From: Bacteroidota bacterium
Lineage (GTDB): Bacteria > Bacteroidota > JABWAT01
Direction of reading: 5' to 3'
DNA length: 64,000 nt
NCBI GenBank assembly: GCA_023151185.1
Contig: JAKLJL010000010.1
Location: 64,001-128,000, forward strand
Positions within the stretch are counted from its first letter, which is position 1. Each line of letters begins with the position of its first letter. A model generated the notes under the pieces. It saw only the letters and a list, made by a program, of their open reading frames with translations. It made no database searches and was not told where the DNA came from. The translations under genes and the position numbers were made by a program. Below, piece after piece: positions 28,303 through 39,500 of the stretch.

Positions 28303-31300
28303 TTACTTAACAGGGTAGGGAGGCGGTGGCGGAATGGTTTTTTCCTGAGTTTTCAGATCGTTCAGAATAACTTCAATGGCTTTATCCAGCTGGTCATCCT
28401 GGCCGGCAAATTCCCGTGCCGGATCGTTATCCACAACAATATCCGGCTCGACGCCATATCCTTCCATAATCCACTCTTTTCCTTCAACATCGTACCTCGA
28501 GAATTCAGGACGGTTCAGAATTCCTCCGTCAGTGAACGGAAGTGTTCCCCGGATGCCGACAACCCCGCCCCAGGTTCTTTTTCCGATGACTTTACCCAGT
28601 TTGTAGTGCTTGAACCGGTAGGTGAAAATATCGCCGTCACTTGCCGAAAATTCATCACACAGAGCCACTTTCGGTCCCCAGATCATTTCATCCGGGTTGG
28701 TGCCCGGAACTCCATTCCGTGAAATAGTGATCATGGCAATTTCCCGGCGAAGCCGTTCAATCAGCATGGGGGAAACATTTCCGCCGCCGTTTCCTCTGAC
28801 ATCAATGATCAGGGCCTTTTTGCTGAGTTGGGGGTAAAAATGCTTTACAAATTCATTCAGGCCGGCAGGTCCCATATCCGGAACGTGAATGTACCCCACT
28901 TTTCCGTTTGTTGCTTTAGTTACTTTTTCAATATTTTTCTGAACCATGGCGTAATAATTCAGATCCTGTTCATCCGGAACAGGAAGAACAATTACCTCAC
29001 GGCTTCCCTGAAAATCCGGTTTGGTATTAACCGTCAGGGTCACCTGCTGGCCCACCGTTCCGATCAGGCTTTCGTAAATGTTTTTCATTTCCTTCACCGG
29101 TTTACCGTTCACAGCCAGAATAAAATCACCGGTTTTTACATTCACCCCAAGTTCAGTAAGAGGCGACCGCAGTGACTTGTTCCAGTTTTCCCCTTCAAAA
29201 ATCCGGGTGATTTGGTAGAATCCGGAAGCATCCCGTTTCAATTCGGCACCAAGCTGGCCGGTTTTAATCCGTGGTGCGGCAGGGCTGTCACCTCCGCCGA
29301 CATAGGCATGGCCGATGTTAAGTTCGGAAACCATTTCACCCAGAATATAGGTCAGATCCAGCCGGTTATTGACATAAGGAAGCAGGGCGGCATATTTTTC
29401 TTTCACGCCTTTCCAGTCAACACCGTGCATATTGGGAGCAAAGAGAAAGTCCCGCATCTGCCGCCAGTTTTCATTGAAAATCTGAACCCATTCTGCCCTG
29501 CGGTCCAGGGAGACTTTCAGTTGGGACAGATTCAGCGGATCCGAAAAGTCAGTTTTTCCCGTAGGAAGTGAAGTCAGAAAATAGCTTCCATTTTTTCCAA
29601 CCAGAATTTTCGTCCGGTCAGCAGAAAGTTCGAATCCGCCGGCCTCCCCAATCTGGGTTTCTTTTTGGGCTGTGAGGTCAAACATCAGCATAACCGGACT
29701 TTCGTCCTTGCTGCCCTGGCGGATGTAAAACAGTTTATCGCCTGCACTTTGCAGATTCCGGTACGAAGAGGAGGCAACCGGAAGTCCAACAATCCGGTCG
29801 GTAATTCCATCCAGATCAACCTGAGTTCCTGGAGGCTGGATTTCTTTTTTCGCTTCTTCCTTTTTCCCATCTGTTTTAACTGCCGTTTCATCACTTTTTG
29901 GTTTAAACGGGGATTCTGTTGAAGCTGAAAGGGTGATCAGATAAATCCGGCTCATATCCTGATAGGCATGATTCCATTCAGTCCAGGAATAAACCGGGTT
30001 GAAATCACGGCTGGAAGTGAAGAACAGATATTTTCCGTCAGAACTGAAAACCGGATTTCCTGAGGCATACCAGCCATCGGTTACCGGGACCGGTTTTCCG
30101 GAGGCGAGTGAAAACAGGTAAACCCGGCTCATGGATTCCTGTTCCTGCTGCGAGTAGGCAATCCATTTGCTGTCGGGTGACCAGTCAAATTCAGTAATCT
30201 CCCAGACCGCGCTTTGGGTAACTTCAGAAACGGCCCTTGAGTCAATATCCACATATCTGAGTCTCTGAAGCCGGTCTGACCAGAGAATCTTTTTGCTGTC
30301 GGGTGACCACCTCAGTTCATATTTGTAAGTATCCGAGTTTTTGGTGATCTGGACAGGAGTTCCTTTTCCATCCGGTGATATCAGATAAATCTCATCCTCA
30401 CCGGTTGCATCCCCGACATAGGCAATCCACTTTCCGTCAGGAGACCATTTTGAATTCCGTTCATGAACGCCTGAGGTCTGTGTCAGATTTCTGACAGACC
30501 CATTTTTGGCAGGAACCGTGAAAACATCACCTCTGGCACCTAAAAGAGCCCGGTTTCCATCGGGTGAAATTTCGAAATTGGTTACTGATTTGCTTACGTC
30601 CACGATTCCGTTCCGCTGAATTGCGCCATCATCCTGAATCCGGACGGACAGTTTTTTCAGGGTTTCGGTTTTAAAATCGACCGTGTACAGGTAGCCACCG
30701 TTTTCAAAAATGACCGATTCATTTCCGGCAGATGGAAACTTAATGTCAAAATCCCTGAAAGAGGTAAGTTTCCGGGTTGATCTGGTATCGGTTTCATAAA
30801 CGTACAGATTGAACCGTTTATTTTCATCCCGGTCAGAGAGGAAGTAAATTTTATTTCCCCGCCACATCGGAATAATATCGGAGGCAGGATTGGAGGTAAT
30901 ATTGAGGGTTTCTCTGGTTTTAAAGTCATAAATCCAGATATCATCTGCCATACCGCCCCGGTACCGTTTCCAGGTTCTGAATTCTCTGAAAACCCGGTTA
31001 TAAGCCAGTTTGGCGTTATCGGGTGAGTAAGAGGCAAACCCGCCTCTGGGCAGGGGAAGTTTTTCGGGGATATCGCCCTTCAGGGTTGCCAGATATAACT
31101 GCCCCTTAAAATCATTTGGTTCACTCATTCTGGATCTGAAGAGGATAGACTGGTTGTCAGATTTCCAGTCCAGTACGATGTTGTTGGGCCCCATCCGGTC
31201 ACTGACATCATCACGGTCAAGAGTTGGAGTAATGGTGACTCTGACCGGAAGTCCGCCTTCCGCAGGGATTACATAGACTTCGGTATTTCCGTCGTATTGC

Positions 31301-31536
31301 CCGGAAAAGGCAATTTTCTTTCCATCCGGAGAGAACCGGGCAAAGAGTTCATTCCCGATGTGAGATGTCAGTTTACGGGCAATTCCACCCTCAGAAGAGA
31401 CGGTATAAAGGTCGCCGGCGTAGGTGAACACGACCTGATTTCCGTGAATTGCCGGAAATCTGAGCAACCGGGCCTCTTCCTGCCCGAAAGCAGGAAAAGC
31501 AGCAGCAAATACAAGCAGGAGCCAGAAACGAGACAT
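28303..31536 (-). CDS. tricorn protease (S41B)
   Basis: LLRFPAIHG, PD40 propellers, GEMVSELNIGHAY, PDZ domain, DVRGNGGG, SASDGD. Confidence 0.95.
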   Translation of the reverse strand: MSRFWLLLVFAAAFPAFGQEEARLLRFPAIHGNQVVFTYAGDLYTVSSEGGIARKLTSHIGNELFARFSPDGKKIAFSGQYDGNTEVYVIPAEGGLPVRVTITPTLDRDDVSDRMGPNNIVLDWKSDNQSILFRSRMSEPNDFKGQLYLATLKGDIPEKLPLPRGGFASYSPDNAKLAYNRVFREFRTWKRYRGGMADDIWIYDFKTRETLNITSNPASDIIPMWRGNKIYFLSDRDENKRFNLYVYETDTRSTRKLTSFRDFDIKFPSAGNESVIFENGGYLYTVDFKTETLKKLSVRIQDDGAIQRNGIVDVSKSVTNFEISPDGNRALLGARGDVFTVPAKNGSVRNLTQTSGVHERNSKWSPDGKWIAYVGDATGEDEIYLISPDGKGTPVQITKNSDTYKYELRWSPDSKKILWSDRLQRLRYVDIDSRAVSEVTQSAVWEITEFDWSPDSKWIAYSQQEQESMSRVYLFSLASGKPVPVTDGWYASGNPVFSSDGKYLFFTSSRDFNPVYSWTEWNHAYQDMSRIYLITLSASTESPFKPKSDETAVKTDGKKEEAKKEIQPPGTQVDLDGITDRIVGLPVASSSYRNLQSAGDKLFYIRQGSKDESPVMLMFDLTAQKETQIGEAGGFELSADRTKILVGKNGSYFLTSLPTGKTDFSDPLNLSQLKVSLDRRAEWVQIFNENWRQMRDFLFAPNMHGVDWKGVKEKYAALLPYVNNRLDLTYILGEMVSELNIGHAYVGGGDSPAAPRIKTGQLGAELKRDASGFYQITRIFEGENWNKSLRSPLTELGVNVKTGDFILAVNGKPVKEMKNIYESLIGTVGQQVTLTVNTKPDFQGSREVIVLPVPDEQDLNYYAMVQKNIEKVTKATNGKVGYIHVPDMGPAGLNEFVKHFYPQLSKKALIIDVRGNGGGNVSPMLIERLRREIAMITISRNGVPGTNPDEMIWGPKVALCDEFSASDGDIFTYRFKHYKLGKVIGKRTWGGVVGIRGTLPFTDGGILNRPEFSRYDVEGKEWIMEGYGVEPDIVVDNDPAREFAGQDDQLDKAIEVILNDLKTQEKTIPPPPPYPVK

Positions 31537-31695
31537 AAGTTATCCTTCTTTTTGTGATGATTCTGTTAAAGTTTTAAGGAATGATTGCGATTTTGTCTTA
31601 TTTGTGTCAATAAAAATCCGAAACCGGATTTTGGGTTGAAAAAATATTTTCTTCTACGGATGTTTATCCGGCAAAGTTACTGACCGGGGCCCGTA

Positions 31696-32154
31696 ATGAC
31701 TTTAATTCTCCTTAACCCTGACTGGCTGACGGACCTGGTATCCCAGGCGGGCTGGATGGGGCTGGCTGCCGGAAGCTTTTTATGTGCAACATTGCTTCCA
31801 TTTTCTTCTGAGGTTCTTTACCAGGGCTGGATTTTCTACGGGCAGCCGGCCGGTTTGGGATTCTTCGCTGCATCAGCCGGAAATTGTGCCGGTATATCTT
31901 TGAATTACGGGATGGGATTTTGGGCTTCCGGGCGGGACTTTTTGCCCGAACGGGTCCGGATTGCGACTGTGAAAACAGGCCCCTGGATCCGGAAATATGG
32001 AACCGGCGCCTTGTTTTTATCCGTTTTACCGGTTATTGGTGATCCTGTCACTCTGGCTGCGGGATATTTCAGAATCCGGATTTTCTGGTTTGCCCTGATT
32101 GGGTTTGGCCTCCGGATCCTGAGGTACGGGCTGATACTGGTTTTTAATTTCTGA
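31696..32154 (+). CDS. YqaA/DedA family membrane protein
   Basis: FLCATLLPFSSE, LPVIGDPVTLAAG. Confidence 0.88.
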   Translation: MTLILLNPDWLTDLVSQAGWMGLAAGSFLCATLLPFSSEVLYQGWIFYGQPAGLGFFAASAGNCAGISLNYGMGFWASGRDFLPERVRIATVKTGPWIRKYGTGALFLSVLPVIGDPVTLAAGYFRIRIFWFALIGFGLRILRYGLILVFNF

Positions 32155-32236
32155 AGTCCGGTCAAATTTGAGGTCTGCATCAACTCAGATCTTCGGTCAG
32201 TTTGGTATTTTTGTTGTCTGCTCCCAAGGAGGTTTG

Positions 32237-33214
32237 ATGAAACCCACAACACCTGCCGGAGTTTTTCTGGCACTCTTTTTTTTCCTTCCATCCTGCTCCA
32301 CAATCGAACTGAAAAGCACCGAAAGCGGTTCCAACGGCCCGGTTAAGACTATTACCGTTACCCGGCACCAGTATAATTTCGGTGAACCCGACCCGGCCGG
32401 ATCTGTAGTTGAAAAGCAGGAATTCGATGTCCACGGTAATCTGGTCTCTCACCGGACGTTCGATGAAGCCGGAACCATGAAAACCCACACGTCCTATATT
32501 TATGATTATCTTCACCGGTTACTTGAGACCCGGTTTTATAACTCTGAACGCCGTCTTGAAAGCCGGATTGTCCTGAAGTATGACGAACTTGGCAGACACA
32601 TCAAGGATACCGAGTATGACGCCTTCGGCAATGTGAAAAATGCAGAAATAATCAGGTACAATGAAGACGGTAAAATTTCTGAAACCGTTTATTATGCCAT
32701 TGACGGCTCGGTACTCTGGAAAACCTTGTTTATCTGGTCAGATGGCGGGCAGCGGCTCGAAAAAAGAACTGTTGAAGGCGATGGGCGGATCACTGAAAAG
32801 GAAGTTTTGAAATTTAACAAAGCCGGTAAAGTTACCGAACAGTTCGAGTACTTTGGCGGCGGGAACATTCGCCAGATCATGGCCTGGCAGTATAATGATC
32901 AGGGCAACCGGACGGTGGAGGAATGCTACAATCCCAACGGTGAACTGGTTTACCAGTTAAAGTTCTTTTACAACAGCTCCGGCAAACTCATGAGAACCAA
33001 CCGGGAGCTTCCTGACGGCAAAGTTGAGGTTCAGGCTATTAATTTTTATAACGGCAACGGTCTGGTCTCCCGCAAGGATCTGAGCAGCGGAACCGGCTTC
33101 CGGAAAGAAACCTTTTCCTATGACCGGAACGGAAATAAAACTCAATGGGTCCGGTTTGACCCGGTTCTGGATGAACCGGTCGAAATGACAACTTACAGCT
33201 ACGAGTTTCACTGA
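32237..33214 (+). CDS. YD/RHS-like repeat lipoprotein
   Basis: AGGAGG RBS, lipobox LPSC, ~24-aa Y[DN]xxG repeats. Confidence 0.75.
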   Translation: MKPTTPAGVFLALFFFLPSCSTIELKSTESGSNGPVKTITVTRHQYNFGEPDPAGSVVEKQEFDVHGNLVSHRTFDEAGTMKTHTSYIYDYLHRLLETRFYNSERRLESRIVLKYDELGRHIKDTEYDAFGNVKNAEIIRYNEDGKISETVYYAIDGSVLWKTLFIWSDGGQRLEKRTVEGDGRITEKEVLKFNKAGKVTEQFEYFGGGNIRQIMAWQYNDQGNRTVEECYNPNGELVYQLKFFYNSSGKLMRTNRELPDGKVEVQAINFYNGNGLVSRKDLSSGTGFRKETFSYDRNGNKTQWVRFDPVLDEPVEMTTYSYEFH

Positions 33215-33353
33215 GTGATTCGCCCCGTTCCGGGAAGAGAATGCTCCCCGGAATGCATTCCCGGCATCCTGTGCCGATACCCGTTTTTTTCCTGAATTCC
33301 CGTTTTACCCGGAATGGTTGCATCTTTGCAGATTAACTTCTGAAAGCACAGGT

Positions 33354-34538
33354 ATGAGTACACTGCCCCGGGTTGTTCTTCACAAAGGCAAAGAGAAAAA
33401 GGCACGGAATGCCTATCCGTTTATTTTCAGGGATGAAATCGGCGGATGGGAACCCAGACCGATGCCCGGTGACTGGGTAGAAGTTTCTGACTATGAAGGC
33501 AACCTGATCGGGGTCGGATATGCCAATCCCAAATGCAGTCTGGCCGTCAGACTGATGGAACTTGGGGTCAGGGAGCCATCGCCGGATCTTTGGTTCCGCC
33601 GGCTGGAACAGGCGGTTTCACGGCGGATGAACCTGATGAAAACGACCGGTGCCTGCCGGTTGGTTCATGCTGAGGCTGATTTCCTTCCGGGGTTGATAGT
33701 TGACCGGATCGGCGATTATGCTGTCCTGCAAAGCCGGACAGCCGGAACCGACAGGGTTAAAACTGAAATTGCCCGGCATCTGATGACTCTGCTTCCCCTG
33801 AAAGGAGTTTATGAACGTTCAGATATGCCGTCCCGGGAAGAGGAAGGCCTTAAACCGGTAAAAGGACTTCTTGCAGGTACAGAGCCGGAAGGAAAAATTG
33901 AGATTTCTGAAAACGGAGTCCGGTTCTGGGCAGACCCGGTCAGCGGACATAAGACCGGATACTATGCCGACCAGCGTGAAAACCGCCAGAAACTGGTTTC
34001 TCTGCTGCCGGCCGGGGCCCGGGTGCTCGATTTGTTTTGCTATAACGGAGGGTTTTCTCTTTTCGCTTCAGAAAAGGCCGGTTCTGTTCTGGGTCTTGAT
34101 CTTGATCCGGCAGCAATAAAACTGGCAGAGGAAAATGCTGTACTGAACGGTTTTACCAATCTCCGTTTCGAAGCGGCGGATGTATTTGCCTGGCTTGAAG
34201 AAGCTGTAAAAAAGCAGGAAAAATGGGATGTCATTATTATTGATCCGCCGGCGATGGCGAAGAAAAAAGAAAAAGCAGACAATGAGAAATGGATGTTCTG
34301 GCGGCTGATCAAGGGAGCCCTTGAAATTGCCTCTCCCGGGGCACTCCTTGTGGTCTCAAGCTGTGCCTACCACCTGTCCCAGCAGCAATTGTTCGAGGCC
34401 GCCCGGTTTGCAGCAGGCGATGTTCTGAAAACCCTCCGGATTCTGGATGTCACCTTTCAGCCTGAAGACCATCCCTGGGTTCTTCAGATCCCGGAATCTC
34501 TCTACCTGAAAACTTTTTTCTTCCGGCTGGAATCCTGA
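33354..34538 (+). CDS. RlmI-like class I SAM rRNA methyltransferase
   Basis: PUA-like N-terminus, EADFLPGLIVD, GHKTGYYADQRENR, VLDLFCYNGGF, IIDPP. Confidence 0.9.
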   Translation: MSTLPRVVLHKGKEKKARNAYPFIFRDEIGGWEPRPMPGDWVEVSDYEGNLIGVGYANPKCSLAVRLMELGVREPSPDLWFRRLEQAVSRRMNLMKTTGACRLVHAEADFLPGLIVDRIGDYAVLQSRTAGTDRVKTEIARHLMTLLPLKGVYERSDMPSREEEGLKPVKGLLAGTEPEGKIEISENGVRFWADPVSGHKTGYYADQRENRQKLVSLLPAGARVLDLFCYNGGFSLFASEKAGSVLGLDLDPAAIKLAEENAVLNGFTNLRFEAADVFAWLEEAVKKQEKWDVIIIDPPAMAKKKEKADNEKWMFWRLIKGALEIASPGALLVVSSCAYHLSQQQLFEAARFAAGDVLKTLRILDVTFQPEDHPWVLQIPESLYLKTFFFRLES

Positions 34539-34548
34539 TGGGAAACGA

Positions 34549-36528
34549 ATGAATCTACCTTCCTTTTTTTCTTTCTCAGGTTTCAGAAAGGATCTTTCGG
34601 TTCCGGTTTACCTGATTTCCGAATATCTGATCATTCTCGGGATTTTATCGGGAATCCGGGTGGCCTTTTTCCTTTTTCACTCCGGATTCTGGCAGGAGGT
34701 TCCGGCAGCCGACTTGTTTACAGCTTTCGGAATCGGGATCTGGTTCGATTCGGTTGTGGCCTGTTACATTCTGGCTCTTCCTGCTTTGCTTCTTTTTCTG
34801 CCGGTAAAGGCCCATACCGACAGAATTCTGCTGACTGCCCGGACCTTGATCTCGGTTCTGACGGTCGTTGTTATGGTCATGAGCCTGGCCGATATCCGGT
34901 ATTATGAATTTTTCGGCAACCATCTCGATCATTTTGCTTTTGACTATCTGGACTCTCCGGGTGATGTGATCCCGATGCTCTGGCAGCAGTTTCCGGTGAT
35001 TGGCTATTTCATTTTTATTGGTAGTCTTGTTTCAGTTTATCTGTACATCCGCCACATCCGGCTGAATCTGAAACCGGCTGTTTATCCCAGATCCCACCTG
35101 AATCTGAGTTCAGTAACTGTCGTAACCGGAACCCTGCTGCTGCTTTTTATTGGAATCCGGGGAAAAGTAACCTCTATCCCGATCCAATGGGGAGATGCCT
35201 TTGTAACAGAATCCGAATTTGCCAACCAGCTCGGTTTAAGCCCGGCATTTACCTTTTTCAATGCATTGGCTGAAGAAAAAGAATGGCAGGTTTATTTTTC
35301 CGGCCGCAAGGATCTGGACCGGATTTTAAAACAGGCAGTTGTATTACCCGGTGACCAGCCAGCCGGGACCGATAATCCGCTTGACAGGACTCTGACCGGC
35401 CGTGGATTGATCCAGGGAAAACCCAACCTGATTTTTATCATTCTGGAAAGCTGGCGGGCTGATATGACCGGTTGTCTGGGAGATTCAACCCGGCTCACAC
35501 CAGTGTTTGACAGCCTGGCTGCAGAAGGAATCCTGTTTGAACAGTTTTATGCTTCGGGAATCCGGTCGAACCGGGGAATTCTTTCGGTTGTTTCTTCCTT
35601 CCCGGGCTACCGGGGTGGCAGCATGATGAAAAAAGTCAGCGGGCTGACTGAGTTCCCGACAGCAGCTTCGATTCTGAAACCGTATGGCTGGGTATCCGCT
35701 TCGTTTATCTATGGCGGCGATCAGACGTTTGACAACATGAAATCCTTCCTGAAGACTAACGGATTTGACCGGTTTACGGGTGTGGAGTCCTTTTCTGAAG
35801 CTGAATTCGGCAGTCATTGGGGTGCTTCTGACCGGGCCCTGTTTAAAAAAGCAGCCATCGAACTGGAAAGTTATCCGGAACCCTTTATTTCCCTGATTTT
35901 CACTCTTACTACCCACGAACCGTTTACTTACCCGCCTGATCTGAAGGAAACCGGGAAGGCAGCCGGAACTGAACGGGAACGTTTTTACAATCTGGTAGCC
36001 TATTCGGATGCAGCGTTGGGTGACTTTTTTACTTCCATCAGAAGCAAACCGTATTTTAAAAATTCAGTTTTTATCATTTGTGCGGATCACACCAAGAAGT
36101 TCAGCGACCCGGGACTTTCTTCAGAACGGTTTCATATTCCTGCCCTGATTTACTCTCCGCTTCTGGCGGATCTGAAAGGAACCCGGATTTCACAACCGGC
36201 CGGCCATCCTGATCTTCTCCCGACCGTTTTAGGATTTCTGGATGGGAAGTTCCGGGTGAATTCATGGGGCCGGGATGTTTTCAGAACCGACAGGAACACA
36301 GCCTGGGCACAGTTTAATACCAATGAATTTTCCGGGCTTGTTTCGGGCGGGCAGATCCGGTATCTGAATTTGAAAAATGGTGAGTGCTTTTCAACTGATC
36401 TTGCAGGAAACCGGATCCCACAGCCGGAGAAAAACCAGGCTTCCAGGTTAGATTCGCTGAATAAGGCGATTACTCAGGGAAGTTTTGAATTGGTTTATGA
36501 AAAACGGAACGGGATCCGGAGAGACTAA
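34549..36528 (+). CDS. LTA synthase-like/sulfatase family membrane protein
   Basis: 5 N-terminal TM helices, PNLIFIILES, TTHEPF, ADH. Confidence 0.9.
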   Translation: MNLPSFFSFSGFRKDLSVPVYLISEYLIILGILSGIRVAFFLFHSGFWQEVPAADLFTAFGIGIWFDSVVACYILALPALLLFLPVKAHTDRILLTARTLISVLTVVVMVMSLADIRYYEFFGNHLDHFAFDYLDSPGDVIPMLWQQFPVIGYFIFIGSLVSVYLYIRHIRLNLKPAVYPRSHLNLSSVTVVTGTLLLLFIGIRGKVTSIPIQWGDAFVTESEFANQLGLSPAFTFFNALAEEKEWQVYFSGRKDLDRILKQAVVLPGDQPAGTDNPLDRTLTGRGLIQGKPNLIFIILESWRADMTGCLGDSTRLTPVFDSLAAEGILFEQFYASGIRSNRGILSVVSSFPGYRGGSMMKKVSGLTEFPTAASILKPYGWVSASFIYGGDQTFDNMKSFLKTNGFDRFTGVESFSEAEFGSHWGASDRALFKKAAIELESYPEPFISLIFTLTTHEPFTYPPDLKETGKAAGTERERFYNLVAYSDAALGDFFTSIRSKPYFKNSVFIICADHTKKFSDPGLSSERFHIPALIYSPLLADLKGTRISQPAGHPDLLPTVLGFLDGKFRVNSWGRDVFRTDRNTAWAQFNTNEFSGLVSGGQIRYLNLKNGECFSTDLAGNRIPQPEKNQASRLDSLNKAITQGSFELVYEKRNGIRRD

Positions 36529-36540
36529 AAATTGGTCCTG

Positions 36541-36575
36541 AAAAATCCCCCGGAACCCGATCGGATTCCGGGGTA
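36541..36575. terminator. bidirectional terminator between convergent genes
   Basis: AAAAAT-CCCCCGGAA...TTCCGGGG. Confidence 0.6.
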
Positions 36576-36581
36576 CTTCTG

Positions 36582-39500
36582 TCACTTGAGCAACACCATC
36601 CGGATGGTTCCGGACTGTTGTTTCATGGAGATCGTAAGCCAGTACATTCCCGATGCCAGATGAGCACCGTTAAACCGGAACTGATAGCTTCCCGGGGCAG
36701 ATTTAACTTCATGGGAAGAGTAAACCTGTTGTCCCAAAACGTTAAAAACGTTGAAATTTACCAACCCGGCATCCGGAAGATGATAGGTAACGGTTGTTTC
36801 AGGGTTAAACGGATTCGGAAAATTCTGTTCAATCAGAAATCCGGCCGGTTTTTCCTCTGCCTGTTCGACAGAAACCGGGTAAAGCTGATTCCAGAGTTTT
36901 GCTTCAACAACCCGGTTGAACAGAACCCGGTGGCCTGCATTATTCAGATGGATTCCATCACCGGAATTGTACTTGTTGTTGATGGTTCCGTCTGCATTAG
37001 CCAGTTCGGTCCAGAAATCGACACAGTGATCCCCATAGCGGGCTATTGTCGAATCCCGCATGACCATCAGGAGATTTCGTTTTGCTGTATCCAGGTTTCT
37101 GGGTTGAGTTGTGGTGACCCAAACCGGGATATTATTGGCATCACAAATCGAATCCAGAACGGAGTAGTTTTTCAACTGGTCGGCTACTGAATACCCAAGA
37201 TTCGCATCATTTGACGGCAGGTTGATCAGGATTGCATCCGGATGGTAACTCAGGGCCTTGGTGATGTTATTGTTCACTTTCGGCGTTGGCCTTCCCGAAG
37301 GTGGAACAAAACCGGTTGGCATGACATCATAGGTCGTATACCCGCCGACAGCCAGATTGATCACCAGGGCGTCCTTGTCATAACTCTGGACATATTTCCT
37401 GAACCGGTTTACGTAGGCACTGTCTGCAACCGTTGGCCCGATTCCCGCAGAGGTTGAAGACCCGAGGATGACAATGGTTCTGAGTGAATCGTAATTGATT
37501 ATTTTTCCGCCGGTCATTCTCAGATCATCAATGAACCAGGTATGTGAAACCGCATCGGTCTGATCCTGAGCCCAGAAAATAGTTTTAATCCGGGTGAAAT
37601 CTGCAGCACCGGGTTTTGCCATAAAAGACTTGATCGGGATTCTGACTTTTTTCCAGGGAGATCCATCGGTTTCACTGACATAAGAAGCCCACGAAATTTT
37701 ATCGGATTTTTTATTACCCAGATCTTCCAGAAATAGTTTCGGATAGTTTACCGTATCCGTTTGATCTGTCATCAGCACTCTGAATTCAAGGAAATCCTTG
37801 CTGGTTGCATCATTGCCGACCCATCCGTCTGCGGCAGCAGCCATCATCCAGTCTCCGCCGGTTCCCGAGGTCCATTTCAGTTTCAGGCTGTAATTTCCCA
37901 GAAGGGCATGTTCAGCACTAACCGGGAATTTGCTTCCGTTCATGAGCTCAAGTGTGCTTGGGGCATTGGCAAATCCCCAGCTTGAATCCCAATATCCGGG
38001 TGCAGATCCGGCACTGAAGAAAACCAGATCCTGCTGGCCGCCGGTTGCCGCCGGTCGGATCTTAAACGGATTGTCACTTTCATCGCCGAAGTCAGGAAGC
38101 CCTTTAACCTGAATCCGGATCCGGCCATTGGATGTTGTATCCGCCGGAACTGTCCAGTTGAACGAAGTTTGGCTTCCGGAAACGCGGTCAGAGACCAGGT
38201 TCCAGTTCAGGCCGCCATCGGCTGAGTACCAGATTTCGAGTGAATCGGCTTCTTTTGCTGTGAAAAGAAGTTGTTTTTTGGATCCGGGAACCCAGGATTG
38301 ATACCCGTTGGGTGAGATAACTTTCACTTCGTATGGCGGATAGTGGATACTGAACGGACTGTCACTGGTATCTGAAACAGACGGATTTTGAAAGTCTGAA
38401 ATCCGGATGAACCCATTGTCGGTTTCATGAGCCGGAACGGTCCAGGTCAATTTTCCGGATTCTGACGGCAGACCGCTGGCCAGAATTTCCCAGGTTGCCA
38501 AGCTGTCATAGCTGGCTTCAACCGTTACCGAATCTACATTTTTTACACTCCAGATCAGGGTTACTTCCTCGCCAATCCGGAAGGCCTCACCACCTTTTGG
38601 GTTTACAACCGAGATAAAGGACGGGTCAGGTGGCGGAAGCACAATTGAAAAGGCGGCATCGGTGGTATCGGCATGTTTCGGTTTGGCCTCGTCGTAGATC
38701 CTGAGCCAGACCTGATCAGACAGGCTGTCGGGAATAATCCAGGAAAGAGTACCGGAACCTGCCGGCAGGGAATCAGCCAAAACGGACCAGGTTTCCCGGT
38801 TGTCATAACTGATTTCGATGGCCACGGTGTCAACCGCTTTGGCCGTCCAGGTGATATCAGTCGTATCGCCGGCGAAAAACTGCTCACCGCCGGTGGGATG
38901 TGTCAAAACAACTTCAGCGGTATCCGGTTCTGTGAGCTGGTACCAGAGAACCCGGTGATTATTGTAATCGGCAAGCCAGATCTGAGATACCTCAGGTGTT
39001 TCATGGACGTAGATGGCTCTTGGGGTTTTAAGATTGACTGCGGTGGTAAGGCCGGTGCCGGTTGTAAAGTCACTTTGACCTAAAACGTAATCGGCAGGGG
39101 CACCGTTACCCAGATTTTTGGCATCGTTGAAGATCATCACCCGGTTATTGGCTTCCTCAACAACATAGAGCCGGCCTTCCTGATCTCCCCAGACAAACCG
39201 GGTGGTTCCAAACTGGGTTTGTGTAACACCAGAGGCATTGCTGGTAAAATCAGGCTGACCGTAAACTGCATCTGCAGCTGCACCATTGGCCTTGTCTGCA
39301 GCAGAATTGTAGCGCAGAACCCGTTTGTTGGTGTAATCACTCACATACAGATTTCCGTCAGGATCGGTATAGACTGAGTTTGGATTAAACAGGTTGCCTG
39401 GCCCCACTGCGCCAGAACTGCTGGTAAAATCAGGTTGCCCGAACACCCCATCAGCGTTGGCTCCGTTTGCCAGGGTTGCGGCATTTTTATACCAGGTTAC

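Noticed and set aside
32237-33214. RHS polymorphic toxin
   Set aside because: Too short, lipoprotein signal present, and no core motif, toxin domain or immunity gene.
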